From Marsupella aquatica (lineage: Eukaryota; Plantae; Marchantiophyta): a stretch of 64,000 nt of DNA. This document shows positions 48,954 through 61,670 of the stretch, piece by piece (position 1 is the stretch's first letter; every line of letters starts with the position of its first letter). Below the pieces are notes generated by a model that worked only from the letters and a program-made list of their open reading frames with translations, had not been told where the DNA came from and ran no database searches. The position numbers were made by a program, and so were the translations under genes. The stretch covers positions 17,286,754-17,350,753 of the forward strand of contig OZ316896.1 of the NCBI GenBank assembly GCA_973895155.1, read 5' to 3'.

Positions 48954-51900
48954 ATGTCCAGGTTCCAGAACGTTGCCATGACTATGCTACGTCTCGTACG
49001 TGGAGTTGTAAGTTGAGTTTAAGCTTGCGATATTGACTATATACGACTGCCGATTGGGAGTGGGATAGAGATGGGAGAGGAAGGAGCCACTTGTGCGTGG
49101 TTTAGGGTCTAGGTGGTCATTCTGGGCAAGAGCTTGGCTGGACATTTTCCATCACCGTTACCCTCCTAAATCTCTTCCAGCAGCAATGGCAGATTTATTT
49201 AGCATGTTTCAGCATGCAAAGCTGGCTTCCATAGAATTGTGAATTGCTGGGATCCTGCTCATCAGAATCTGTGAGCTCGACAAGCTCACGAATCTGAAGG
49301 TTGAAACAAAGGATCACTCTGTTTAGAAATAAAGTAGCAAATGAGTGCTAAATTCAATGTTCCTCAGGAATCAGGACACCTTGGACATAATTAATGGGTT
49401 TAGTCGAGCTGGTTCTTGTGCCAGTCAAACAGACGACAACAGAGACAGCGTGCAAATCCTTCTGCACTGCCTTATCTGCGTGAGGATGAACTCCCAACAA
49501 GCTCCGGCTACCTGCCTGTGGGGAAGTCAAATGGGTCTCGACTGTTCTATGCCTTTTATGAAGCTTCCAACACTTGTACTCCAGTCGACGAAACACCACT
49601 GCTGCTTTGGCTGAATGGGGGTCCTGGTTGTTCAAGCCTGATTGGCTGTTTCTACGAGCTTGGCCCCTGGATTCTTGATGAGAATGGAGAAATGCATTCT
49701 AATCCTTGGGCCTGGAATCGCAGGTAAACCCGAACTAAGCTCCCACCTTTGTTTTGTCCAGTTCTTTACACTGTCTGTGACATCAGATAGGGCTCCATCG
49801 AATACTAGATGAAAGCGTTCTCAATTTCATCATGAGATGCTGCTGTGTAATCCCTTTCTATCACCTCTAAGTTCAATGCCAAATAAAAAAATCTGCATTG
49901 TAGCCTATCGACGATTCGATCTCACTCCTTGATGGTCAAAGTGTTGTTTATAATTTCTTAGCCTAGATTGCCTGTGCCTGCTGTGACTTTGCGATAAGGG
50001 CACTTCAGTGGTACCAAGATGTTACGACTTAGATGCCCTGAGGTGGAATGGAAAGATTTCCAAAAAAATTCTACAGAGTGACTCAAAAGCTAGTGAGTGA
50101 GATTAGAGCCATTTGGCATTGAAGTGGGACTGCTTTGAGTTTAGGGTCCCAACGCTCCCCTCTCTGACTCTTCTTGTTATCAACTGGCAGATATGGCGTT
50201 CTGTTTGTTGATAGTCCAGTTGGGACAGGTTTCAGCGTCGAGGCATCAAGTAACGATATTCCAAGGGACTCGGAAACTGTAGCCAAACAATTACTGCATG
50301 CTCTGCACCACTTTGTGACGGACAATGTTGGCTTCAGATCACGACCTTTGTTCTTGGCAGGCGAAAGCTATGCGGGAAAGTATCTGCCTGCTTTGGCTTA
50401 CTATATATTGAATCAGAAAAATGCACCTAGTGGCCACCAGTTGGCTTCGCAGCTCGCCGGAGTTATGATCGGGAATGGTTTCACTGATCCTCGTGCTCAG
50501 GTGGACGGCCTTACTTTTCTAGCTTTAAGTAATGTTGCTATGCATAGTGCTTTTGGATGGACTCAAATTGTAAGTTGCACTTGTAGTCCTCATCTGTGGC
50601 TTGCAAATGTCGAGTAATAAGTGAGACCCCACGTCATTGGTGGCTCCGGTACGTTTTATACAGGTGCAATGCCATGCGGATGTTGCTCTATCTTTTGGAC
50701 TCCTTGACAAACGTCAAGCAGCTTACGTTCAGAGAATTGCACAGGAAGCAGTGGCACTAGTTGACAAGTATGTGCTCCTCTCCTCAAATTGAAACGGTAG
50801 AGATTTTCGTCAAGTGTTCATGAATTTCTCTTGTAGTCTTGCTACGATTGATAAACTGCCTAGAAACTTTGTAGACGTCAAGCCTTCCTGTAAAGATTCT
50901 TGACAATATGAAAGTAGGGAGGAGTGGATGAAATCACATGAGAGAAGAACAACTCTCTGCACCTTCATCGAAAAGACCAGTGGAGTCGCTACACTGTTAG
51001 ATATAAGAAGATCTACGAGGTATCATCACACACAGGTTGGTTTAATCCACCTTGATGTCGTGCAACTTGCTTACTGGCACTTAAAACTTTTAGAATTAAT
51101 CTCAAGAGAAACCGTTGAGCTTGTGAAATGATTTTAATAAAGGAGTCCGAAGTGATGTATCAATTGGCCATTACCTTGTAGCAGGGTTTGAAGACTGTCA
51201 TAACACACCGTAAATAAACTGAACACATAGAACATTCCTCTTGTAGGAATTTCGACTTTAACCCTTGCTGCCATGATATTCAGGATGGTAGAGAGTTCTT
51301 GGCGGAATTCCTCAACTCTCCATGCGTCAAGACAGCTCTAAAAGTGGACAGTCCTACGGACTGGGTGAGCTGCAACAGGAAAGTTAGGTCATGCATGATC
51401 CAGGTACCTCTTTGTCTCTGTACTGCCGATCTTTCTTCAATACTCGCTGGTCTTGGCTATTAAAGAAGACTGTGAGATCAGGGCTGAATATCAATTTTCG
51501 ACAAGATTACTATGTCGGATTCTCTATTGTATGACAAGCTCCAATTTGTAGCTATAGGTCTAGGTAACTAAGAGACTGCAAACCCTTTCTTTGTATCGAC
51601 ACGTGAATCTATCTATCTCAAGGCAGACACGGATGGCCCCAAATGCTGACATTTCTGAAAATTTGATGGAACCCTTTGAAACACACAACTTTCTCGGTTC
51701 AATTCCCAAGAAAGTTCACAATTAGCAGCATGGCCACTGACATTTGAGGACATGATGTTGGGGCTCAATCTAGACTCTAACACAACAACAATCGTCTAGT
51801 CCCTCGTGCACTTTTGATATACCTCCTACCAAATTCCTTGGCAATCTCGCCATTGGCTCCCAAGGGCATCAGCTCAGGCTAGAGTTTCTCAAGTTCAATG

Positions 51901-52719
51901 CTCGCATTCAATTTCTGTTACTGATTACAAATCCCACGTTTGGCATGTGACCACTGCCTCACTCTGTAGGACACCATGAAGAGTGCAAAGTGGATGGTTG
52001 AGGCCATATTGAGAAGGGGGTACCCTGTATTGCTGTACCAAGGAATGTATGATGTCAAGGACGGTCCTGCGAGTTCAGAGGCATGGATGCGTTCCCTCAA
52101 TTGGCAGGGATCGTCCATGTTTTGGAAAGGGGAGCGCACATGTTGGAAAGTGAATGGAGAACTCGCTGGTTATTGGCGACAAGGACTGAACCTGACCCAC
52201 GTCGTCGTTGCTGGTGCTGGCCATCAAGTAAGGCACCTCCACCAACCCACCCAAAGCTAGTGCACAAATTTCTTGGTAATCTTTGGTAGCTTGTAAGGGT
52301 AATTGTGAGTATCCCAGCAATAATTAACAGAGTCTAGGGAGGGCAAGAGCAAATACTTTCGGAAAAGCACAGAAAGCAAAAGGCTGTTACAAAAGACATG
52401 AATGAGTTAAGAAAGTGTCAACGTCTAATGATCTAGTGTAGTGACTCTATCCTTCACTTTCCCCGGTATTAGAATATTGAGCTTATAACCCACTCTGGTT
52501 TTCGTGCGAGTACAAATTTCCCTACTATATCACCATATTGCAAAGTGTGTGATTTCAGGCTTAGCTTGCTCGCCTGATGCTGATTTAACGCAGCCACCAA
52601 AATATGACACACAATCTGTTGAGCTGCAGGTCCCTGCTGACCAACCTCTCTTCTCGCAAGTGATGATCGAGACATGGATACAAGATCAGCTTGCGGGAAA
52701 GAGACCCAACCACAACTAG
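48954..52719 (+). CDS. SCPL50: Serine carboxypeptidase-like protein (peptidase S10, SCPL50-like clade)
   Basis: Exons 48954-49007 (tentative), 49404-49723, 50191-50500, 50664-50767, 50918-51035, 51284-51403, 51970-52227 and 52630-52719. Motifs SGYLPV, LFYAFYEA, PLLLWLNGGPGCSS, ELGP, N.WAWN, FVDSPVGTGFS, GESYAGKY (catalytic Ser), YQGMYDVKD (Asp) and GAGHQVPADQP (His). The first exon is uncertain. Confidence 0.9.
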
Positions 52720-53154
52720 AAATCTCTGATCTGTCACTAGAAGAGTGATTCTTAGAAGATATCTAGCCTGTGATGATTTCTCTTAATGCTAACTGCACAC
52801 TAGTGAATCTAGTTTTTTAAATCTCATTAGTGGATGACGACACATTAAGATTTAGAGCAGAACATGTAAGAGTTTTATAAACTGGAGATCAGAGACGAGA
52901 TTCTACGAAAGTAGCAGAAGGATGGGAATAATATGAACATGTTTGACTTGGCAATCATGTCTACTCCATATTTAACTCGTCCTCCTTGCATCAATTTAGT
53001 CCTAGTCAACTTTTGTCAAAAGTGGAGAATTTGGATCTCCATGGATACCTAGTTTATGGTTCAGAGCTAAACCGGGGCTTACCGTCACCTATTGTTGAAT
53101 ATAGCAGAAGGTCATGATAGACTTCACAAAAAAGTTCAATCAGGAAGCAACTTC

Positions 53155-53236
53155 GGTCAGTTGGGCAGGGAATTAGCCAGAGTTCCCAGGTTCAATCCCC
53201 CCTCCACAAGGGGTGTGGTGGGTATGTGTGTGGGGT
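53155..53236 (+). mobile_element. tRNA-derived SINE-like head, degenerate
   Basis: ggtcagttgggcagg (A-box-like) and GGTTCAATCC (B-box, 53189-53198), followed by ccctccaca. Homologous to 20610-20703. Confidence 0.5.
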
Positions 53237-53985
53237 AATTTTGCTTGAATGATTCTGCCCTTGTCTTGCTAAGGACTCCATAGTGTTGATCCACTGCATC
53301 TGAGCGGAGTGGTTGTGATGAATGTAAAAGGTACAAGGAAATGGAGCAGAAAAGACTACAGCAAAAGATCCCGTACATCCCAACTCAAACTTGAACCCAC
53401 TAAGCAAGTAAACGAGTTTCACCAAAATAGAGGTACTGTTGATATGGTGTCCTTCCATTTGATCGTCATGAGGATACGGAGAACGCCAGCATGGTAAACC
53501 GCTCGTTACATTTAAGGCAGTGTGGCTCCTTAGTTGCTCGAAATTGCCTCCCTTTTCCATAGTACTGCTGCGGATTCTTCCGGTTCGGTCTTGTAGCACG
53601 GCATATAAGTCCTCTTGTGACAAAGGCTCCCAACGAATAAAAGGCACTGTTTGCCACGCCACCGGAAGCAGGAGCCGTAATGATCGTCCAGGCCCGTTTA
53701 GCAAGGCTCGTGGAATGACGTTGCTAAAGAGTGAGAAACCCACAGCTCTTGGTATACAAACTGAAATTGTGTACAAATAATGGTTGGATATTATCAACAG
53801 AGGTGCTTCGATGGGACTTGCATACTCACCTGTACTCCGTGCAAGTCCCTGACCATCATATCTCGACAAAAATATATTTACAGGAGACTCCCGTACTTTA
53901 AGACGATGAGACGTATCAAAATCTAAATTGCCCAAAGCTAAAAGCCGCTCGGACAAGTAGAACCAGGCAAGCCCTCAGCTACGTC

Positions 53986-56900
53986 TTAGCTATGTGTGAG
54001 GTAAGAGAGATCTGTGCAATCAAGTTCTAAATTGGACAAAAGACCCGCCCACAACTGTTTTCGGTGGGGTGCTACATCATGTAATAACCGCTCAAGACTA
54101 TTGAAGTCATTCTGGTGTCTTGCCTGGCATCCATTTCTTCCATTTTGCTTATTTTGTTTCCGACCCTGTTACACCCAAAAGAGACTTGCGTCAACAGGTT
54201 GAAGAGACAAACCAGAAATGTGGTTATACGAATATACTTTCCAGTTCAAACTAGTAGTGACCATCATAAATTCACAGGAGACAACCGGCTCTACATTGCA
54301 AAACCGGCACTCATTAGTAAATGGCCGAAATGAGAGACGTACCACCATCATCAACCACACCATGTACGAAGCTGCAAACTCTCTTTGTCTATCACCTGCC
54401 TCAGTCAAGACACTGCTACAAGCAGCTAGGCAGTCCTCCACAAAGGCTTGCTCAATATAAGTGTCAAAGACCGTTTCCTTCAGATCCCCGGAAACCTTCT
54501 TATCATTTGTTACAGATGGTCGAGAACGACAAATAAGCAAAGGACCAACGTGGTCCACCCAGCTGAACAATAGAAATCGGAGGTGAATCCAGAGAGCCTG
54601 CCAAGGAACAAAAGGGCATCAGCACAACCCAACCTCATGCCGGACACAGAGATTCTACAATAAAATAAAATAAATATTCGTCCCTCGATTATCAAACGAG
54701 ACAAATGATCTAACAGTATTTTGAAATGCAAAATTGGAGACTTAGGTGCTGTTCTCTCGAATTGATACAGAAGTAAGATTAAAAGATTTTTTCTTCCATT
54801 CTACATTATATATACTTTCAGCATCTCTCTAGCAGAGCTTTCTTGCTATCCTATGCTTCCGACCGTACCCACTTCTCGTGGCAAGTTAGGAGTAAGAAAT
54901 ACTAGGCAGAACATACTTCTCTTCCAATGTAGCTCTGGATTAAATTCCTGATCCAATCCATCTCGTCCTGCATGAATCCATATGATTTCTGAGTCATTTC
55001 AATTCACAAAACTTGTAGTCCTCAGCTGGCAGAGCGCCCCTGAGTCGCAAAAATTGAAAGATATTTAAGCTTCAACCGTAGAAACTCACCTTCCATAGGA
55101 CTGTCGTTTCAGGGCCACCAAGAAGGGACACTCTTAGACTTTTCATGTCCATATCTTTCTCGACAGCTGTCATTTTACGGAGGCTGTGCTGAGTTCTTTC
55201 CGGTACTTTGGAATTCACGAGCCTTAACAGCAGAGTCTGCAAGAGAAGAACAACAGAACAAATTAAGAGATAAGAACGTCCGAAATCTGAAAGAATCTCC
55301 TCAGAAGAAACATCGCGACGAGGAATCCACTCCAGCTGATCAGAGGAGCAATGCTTCATCATATAGTCTCTAATATTACTCTTATATTACTCACAAAGAG
55401 ACCTGCAGGTGGCGAGGTATCCAAAAGCAGCTGATGAACAGGGGCATCAAACTACTAAACCGAATTGACAACGATATATAGCAGCAAAATAGTGATTCAT
55501 GTCACAGAAATTGTTTGGCATTGATGAGGTACTGAAATAAGGAGATATGGAATGGCATGCATGACTGAGAAGGACATGTAGGTCTTCTGTCACTGACCCG
55601 CCTATAGTGAAAGCAGCAATTATCAGCAACATGAGAACTTGCCCACGCCTTTGTTCTATGGAGTTCGATGCCCACCTGTTGAAATAAAGCAACAACTCTG
55701 AAATGTACTGACAGGCCCCAACGTAGCATTCAATTAAACGAGATTCCAATGCATCGGTCGGAAAACAGCAGGCTGTCCAGGGCGCGCGCTTCGCAACCCT
55801 TCATCAGACAGGAAACAGCACAGTGGCAAACACAGACTAAAACGTCATGCATAAACATGAAAGGTTTATGGAAAGAATGAGAAGAACCTGTAAGAAGGAC
55901 ATCTGAGAGACAAGCCAGCAGCGATGGCGCCATGCCCTATAATTCATTAACGACCTCTGCGACACCCCAATCAAGAATCCTGCTGTAAGCCAAGAGTCTG
56001 CACCCGAAGCAAAAAACAGGGACATAAGAGAGCAGAATATTCTACAGATTTTATGGGAAAGAGGAAAGAGCTGGTGCCCATCATCACTGAACCAGTGGGC
56101 CCAAACTTATCAAACCTTTCTTCTGAAATTTAAGATCTAGTTTCAACTCAACAAGGAAAGAAGATCATTGTAGCGGGTAGGTGAAGTTATCTTAGATCGA
56201 ATGAGGGACGGAGAAAATCTAGAACGATGTACGTCAACCCTTCTGTCGAGCAGGGAACATCTAATCGATCAACCATCTTTCACTCCACCAAGAAAGGGGT
56301 CCACGATCAACAAAGCCCCGTAGATCAAGGTTGTGAAACTAGGATCGCCATTAACAATGTGGAAAATCAGTAGAAATTGCACCTCAGCAATAGCTTCCAC
56401 AAGCTTGGATTCAGCTTCTAGTAGAGAGTCCAACTCAGCCTGGGATATACCACCACTGATCATCTGGTTGATCACCCATCGCCTGCAGCAGTAATTAACG
56501 ATAATGTCAAATGAAGAAATCATGACATAGGAGATTATGTAAAGGTTTAACTAGTCAGATCCTTTTGATGCAATGCCACAACGTGACAAGGTTTGTAAAA
56601 TTCGATCATCCATGATCATACCCATTTCGACTGGAATTCCCCTCTTCCCGTTGAATCTCTCGAAGTAAAAAGACTTGTCTGGTTCAAAAAATTGAGAAAT
56701 AACACACAAGATTTGAAAGGGAATAACACCTGTAAGCCCATGTTTCTTCACTCTTAGGACCACATGATAGCACGACACCAGCCATCTGAAGCTCTTCAGA
56801 GAGCAGTCCTTGATTCGCTGCTCTGCTGAGGATAATCTGTTTTCTGCAAATTGAAAGCCCTTCGTAAGTACGGAAAATCCTGGTGCAAAAAGAGCCGAGG

Positions 56901-58235
56901 TTTCTGTGGAATCTAACACACTCCTCTAATCATCAAAACTCTTTCAGCTTCTCACTCATGTTCAATGAAGACAATTGAAACTCTTGACTGGTAATTTGTT
57001 CCATCATGTGAGGCATCTATATTCTTCCAATACATCGTTCAACTTAGGTTCCCCGAGTTACGTTGCAATGGAGCCAATCATAGTTCTTGCGTAATTTGGA
57101 GAGAAACCTCCTCTGGTGGATCCTGGTAAGATATTGACCTGGTGCTCCATGCACTTGTATAATCACAATTGATTAAGACCAGTGCTCTTGAGTAACTCAT
57201 GAGACCGCCCTCTAATCTCAGTTTTTCTGTTGCTGTATTTGACTTTCCATCACAATTGTCCTCCACAAGTGACGTATGGTCAGTCACACCCACAGTTCCA
57301 CGCTGCTGAGCCATGCACGATCCTTCCTCTGCCTGCAACAACTTCTTGTAATCTGAACGGATCGACATGAAAGCAGCTCTGGCGCATTTGTAAATGGGTG
57401 CCAGAGCTAGCATTGAGATGGCCAGCTTGTGATCACCACACCAAAATGCCGTCGGGTCATATGGTAATACATCAACGCCTTCTTCCTCCTGAAAAGAAAA
57501 TCCCTCGGCATCCAGTCCGTCTACACCATGCTCCGATTTCCGTGAACAATCCGCCCAAGCATGAGGTTCTTCCCCGCCGATTGATGAAGATACGGTTGAG
57601 CCTCGAGTATTGTTGCTTTCTGCGTTAGAAAACGGCAAATCATTCGTCGTCGATTCAGCTTCTGCGTGCAGGCTAGTTAGTTGAGCCGGATGAACAAAGC
57701 CGAGCTCATCTCTGCAAAATGTGACAACAATCAATGGACTGACAATTTATTAGACTCGACAATCTCTTGCAATTCACCCCATCATCCACTAATACAGCCA
57801 CATGCATTACAATTGGGAGAAACTAACAACACAACCAAAATCAACGTCCAAATATTCCCCTGGACTAAGAACCAACGAGAAAAGAGGAATGACGATTCAC
57901 AACTAAAGCATTTCAAGATCCCCGTGAAGATTTCCATCGCCTCTAAAAGTTACATATCATGCTCCGGGAATCAGTCCAACGATCCACTCTTTCGTTCAAC
58001 TTTATGATTTGAAGCGGGGATACCGCCAATAAAATCCAAGAAGCCCGATCAAAGGATTTCACCTGGTGATGGCAGTAGGAACGCCGTGCAATCAAAGAAA
58101 ACAGGCTGAAAAGCAGGCAACCAGTGAGGCAGAGTGAAAAAACACGCACATCAGAGGGTCGGAGAGAAATATGCGGTTGAGTTGAGAGAGGAGAAGGCTC
58201 CCTCGAGTCCCAGAATCGTCCTCTACCCCGTCCAT
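53986..58235 (-). CDS. PTAR1: Protein prenyltransferase alpha subunit repeat-containing protein 1 (GGTase-III alpha-like)
   Basis: Exons in minus order: 58235-58150, 57711-57139, 56843-56730, 56482-56383, 55956-55888, 55675-55598, 55236-55090, 54967-54917, 54597-54343, 54165-53986. All introns are GT-AG and the exons join in frame. Motifs SDPLIDELGFVHPAQ, FW...HKLAIS, DYTSAWSTRK, PKSEETWAYRRWVI, MNYRAWRHRCWLV, HVADNCCFHYR and YIGREALWIHLRFL match PPTA repeats. Confidence 0.92.
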
Positions 58236-58267
58236 AAGTCCACAACAACTGCAGCTTCCAGGTCCAA

Positions 58268-58540
58268 ATCTTCTTCTTCTTCTTCCTCCAATGTGAATTT
58301 GTGGCCTCCACAAACTACTATTCTTCTTCCTTCTTCTTCTTCTTCTTCTTCTTTCTTCCGAACCTGAATTTGTGGCTTCTTCTTCTTCTTCTTCTTCTTC
58401 TTCTTCCGAACCTGAATTTTGTGGCCTTCACAAAACTCGGTGCAAAATTGAGCAGGAGCAAGAGCGCTTCTTCGTCTTCTTCTTCTTCCGAACCTGAATT
58501 TGTGGCCTCCGCAAAACCTGGTGCAAAATCGAGCACGAGC
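58268..58540. repeat. Compound (TTC)n + cgaacctgaatttgtggc repeat in the PTAR1 5' leader
   Basis: Four (ttc)n runs, each followed by (cgaacc)tgaatttgtggc, plus a duplicated caaaac..ggtgcaaaat.gagca.gagca segment. Confidence 0.9.
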
Positions 58541-58737
58541 ACAAGAGCAAGGCAGTGATGGAAGACCGTCCCCGGATGAGCCCTCCGCGGAGAGAGCGGA
58601 CAGACAGATCGGACGCAGCAGCAGCTACAACGCAACAACGCAACACCCTCGCTTTCTCGACAACAATCGTACCCTAGACTCCCAAATTGTTCTCTTTGCT
58701 CGAGAGTCGAGAACTTCATATTAGTGGCGAAAATTTA

Positions 58738-59200
58738 AGATTCCACCTCTCTAAAAAGTTTGACACTTTCATTAGCACCGCTATTAGTCTTACTATTGTT
58801 TTTCCAGTGGCAAAAGCCACTAGATTACACCTCTCTAAAAAGTTCTACACTTCCATTAGCACCGCTATCAGTCTTACTAGCGATTTTCTGGTGGCGAAAA
58901 TTCACTACATTGCACCTCTATGAAAAAAAAGTTTGACACTTCCATTAGCAGAGCTATTAGTCTATAGCCTTTTTTAGTGGCAAAAATCACTAGATTGCAC
59001 CTCTATTAGTCTTACTAGCCTGAGTACCCCTAGCAGAGCTATTAGTCTATAGCCTTTTTGAGTGGCAAAAATCACTAGATTGCACCTCTATTAGTCTTAC
59101 TAGCCTGAGTACCCCTAGCAGAGCTATTAGTCTATAGCCTTTTTTAGTGGCAAAAATCACTAGATTGCACCTCTATTAGTCTTACTAGCCTGAGTACCCC
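58738..59200. repeat. ~84-85-bp tandem arrays upstream of PTAR1
   Basis: Diverged cacctctctaaaaagtt..acact.tcattagcaccgctat units run 58738-58947. Near-perfect 85-bp units gcagagctattagtc...gagtaccccta start at 58948, 59033 and 59118. Confidence 0.92.
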
Positions 59201-59365
59201 TTCGTTGAACTTAACACAGATGAAGAACCAAAAAAATGACCTTACAGCATGAAACTATCCTTGTTATTTCAGGGTCATCTTTGCCTCGTCCTTAGTTTCT
59301 GTTTGGACCGTCCCTCCCCTATACATGTGTTCTATGGCACCTTATTTTAAGTCATGCCCTTAGTT

Positions 59366-59706
59366 AAAGTCATGGTCTAGAGGCTTCACTATAGCGTTCC
59401 TGTTTTCTATTTGCACCCTGGCTCATTTTCAGTTAAGTAGTTAGAGTCATGGTCTAGAGGTTTCACTATTGACAATAGACCTATTTGCACCCTGGCTCAT
59501 TTTCTGTTAAGTAACTAGAGTCATGGTCTAGAGGCTTCACTATAGCGTTTGTGTTTGCTATTTGCACCCTGGCTCATTTTCAGTTAAGTAGTTAGAGTCA
59601 TAGTCTAGAGGTTTCACTATAGACAATAGACCTATTTGCACCCTGGCTCATTTTCAGTTAAGTAATTAGAGTCATGGTCTAGAGGCTTCACTGTAGACAA
59701 TAGACC
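59366..59706. repeat. Tandem array of alternating 77/74-bp units (151-bp higher-order repeat)
   Basis: gtcat.gtctagagg starts at 59369, 59446, 59520, 59597 and 59671. Confidence 0.92.
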
Positions 59707-61264
59707 CAGGAATAGCTTTTGATTGTGATTATATACTTGTATATATCCTATCTATTGTTAGACACGATTAGAATTAGTTAGTATAAATTGGGGATCCAAG
59801 CCTATTGTAACAAGAATAATTGTAATTGTGTATCTTGCTTGTCATGAATAGTAATTCTTATAAGGTTTATGCTATTTTAATGATAATCGAAAAGGGTCCC
59901 CATGGGGGCTCCATACAATAATTTGCATATGGAGTAATAAATTTGGTTTCTCAAACTGATTGAGACTGTCCTTGCAATGTTCTCTTGGAATTTTAGTAAA
60001 GATATGTGGTGATTTGACTTCTTAGTTTGAATGTCTATTCATATGGCCTTCAACCACCACTGGCCATATATAAGGGGGAAGTGTCCAAGACTTAAATCTC
60101 CCTTTTTCACATTCCACTCCGCTTCCACACCACTGTGCTCCACAATTTCATGAAAAGGGTAATGGTCAAACCTGGTGGACCCAGGTTTTACACTAAATTT
60201 CCAAGAACCCACCACAAATACAATTGTTCCCAACAATCATAGTGAGATTTTGTGCCTCAAAAAATATTAGCCAATTACTATTTAATGCGCGGACAGATAG
60301 TGTCAATCCAAAATTAACCTTGGTAAGTCTACATCATGTAATGTCCAAATTCTGTGGGAGTCACCCACATAGAATTACTAATACAATGAGTGTATTATAT
60401 TATACATGCCGGTTATTACTCTTCCCAGGTACTGTAGGATAGAGTAAACTTACGGCTACTACTATTTGTTAAGATTATTTTTCTGGTTGGGTACTTAGCA
60501 TGATATACTAGAAAGCCTTTAGAGACTTAGTAAATGAAAAAAGTCACCTCCAACCCATTCATTGTTAGATTATTATTAGTTTTGTTACTATTGTAGATCT
60601 GTATTTCGGAGGCACTGCACACTTTTGACTTCCCATTTGGGTTTGTTGGGAGGTTTAGTAGTAGAGTCTTGCAGGTTCACTCAATAAATACATAATTTTT
60701 GAAAAGTTGAATCCCTGGGACAGACTAATAATTGTGAACAATGTAGTTTCTCACCTAGTCACAGACCCCATTCCCCATAATCAATCAAGGGTCATCCGTA
60801 TAGCAAGAGAAATCTGATGGCCAGAAAGTAGACTAGGAAAATTTGATGAGGAAGTTTCTCAACATCTGTGCATTAGTCATATTTGTGAAAATGGAAAGAG
60901 CTGGTGTGTATCTTTCTCAATTGAAGTTGTTCAGCACTGATCATGCCTGTTCTTCATCATTATTTTCATCCTACCGGTCATGTGATTGGCCTTTTTATGA
61001 TACTCTCTTTTGTGGAGCACATGTAACCAGCCCTAACCTCATACTTGCCATTTACCAGCTGGTTATTTTAGTGGTGGAATTCGCTTCCACCTCTCTACAA
61101 AGTTTTCACCACACTAGCTTAAAATTGGCTAGGTTTTTTACCATTACCCAGTTTCCCACCAGTGACCCCATTAGTCGGAGGACCACAGACCTCATTAGCC
61201 AGAACGATCGTGAGTAAATGCAGTTTGCACTTGAGCTATTGTATGCCATTGTTAGTTTTCTTGT

Positions 61265-61670
61265 CTGCTAGTGTGATCAATAATGTCATGAGTAAACTGG
61301 CCCAACATTTTTTGTTTGCTAGGGTGATGAGTAATATCATGTCTAAACTAGCCCAACATTTGTTGTTTGCTAGGTGATCAATAATATCATGTGTAAACTA
61401 GCCCAACGCAGAAGCCATGCATAGTGTCATGGAGAAGACCGTTGTCAAAGGAAAGTGTTGTGGAAGTAGGATTGTCGTTGAAGTGGAAGTGCAGACGTGA
61501 TGCTGTAGTATCTGTGTTGTCAAAAAAAGTGATTAGGATGAAATATGTCATGGAGAAGACTGTTGTCAAAGAAAAGTGTTGTGGAAGTAGGAGTGTTGTT
61601 GAAGTGGAAGTGCAGACGTGTTGCCGTAGTATATGTGTTGTAAAAAAAAAGTGATAAAGATGAAATATGT
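61265..61670. repeat. 51-bp x ~3 and 121-bp x 2 tandem repeats
   Basis: gcta..gtgat..taat.tcatg..taaact.gcccaac at 61267, 61318 and 61369; tgtcatggagaagac...gatgaaata at 61425 and 61546. Confidence 0.9.

Noticed and set aside
49341-49394. ATG at 49341 as the SCPL start codon
   Set aside because: It is in frame but followed by TAA and TAG before the conserved region, so an upstream spliced exon is needed.
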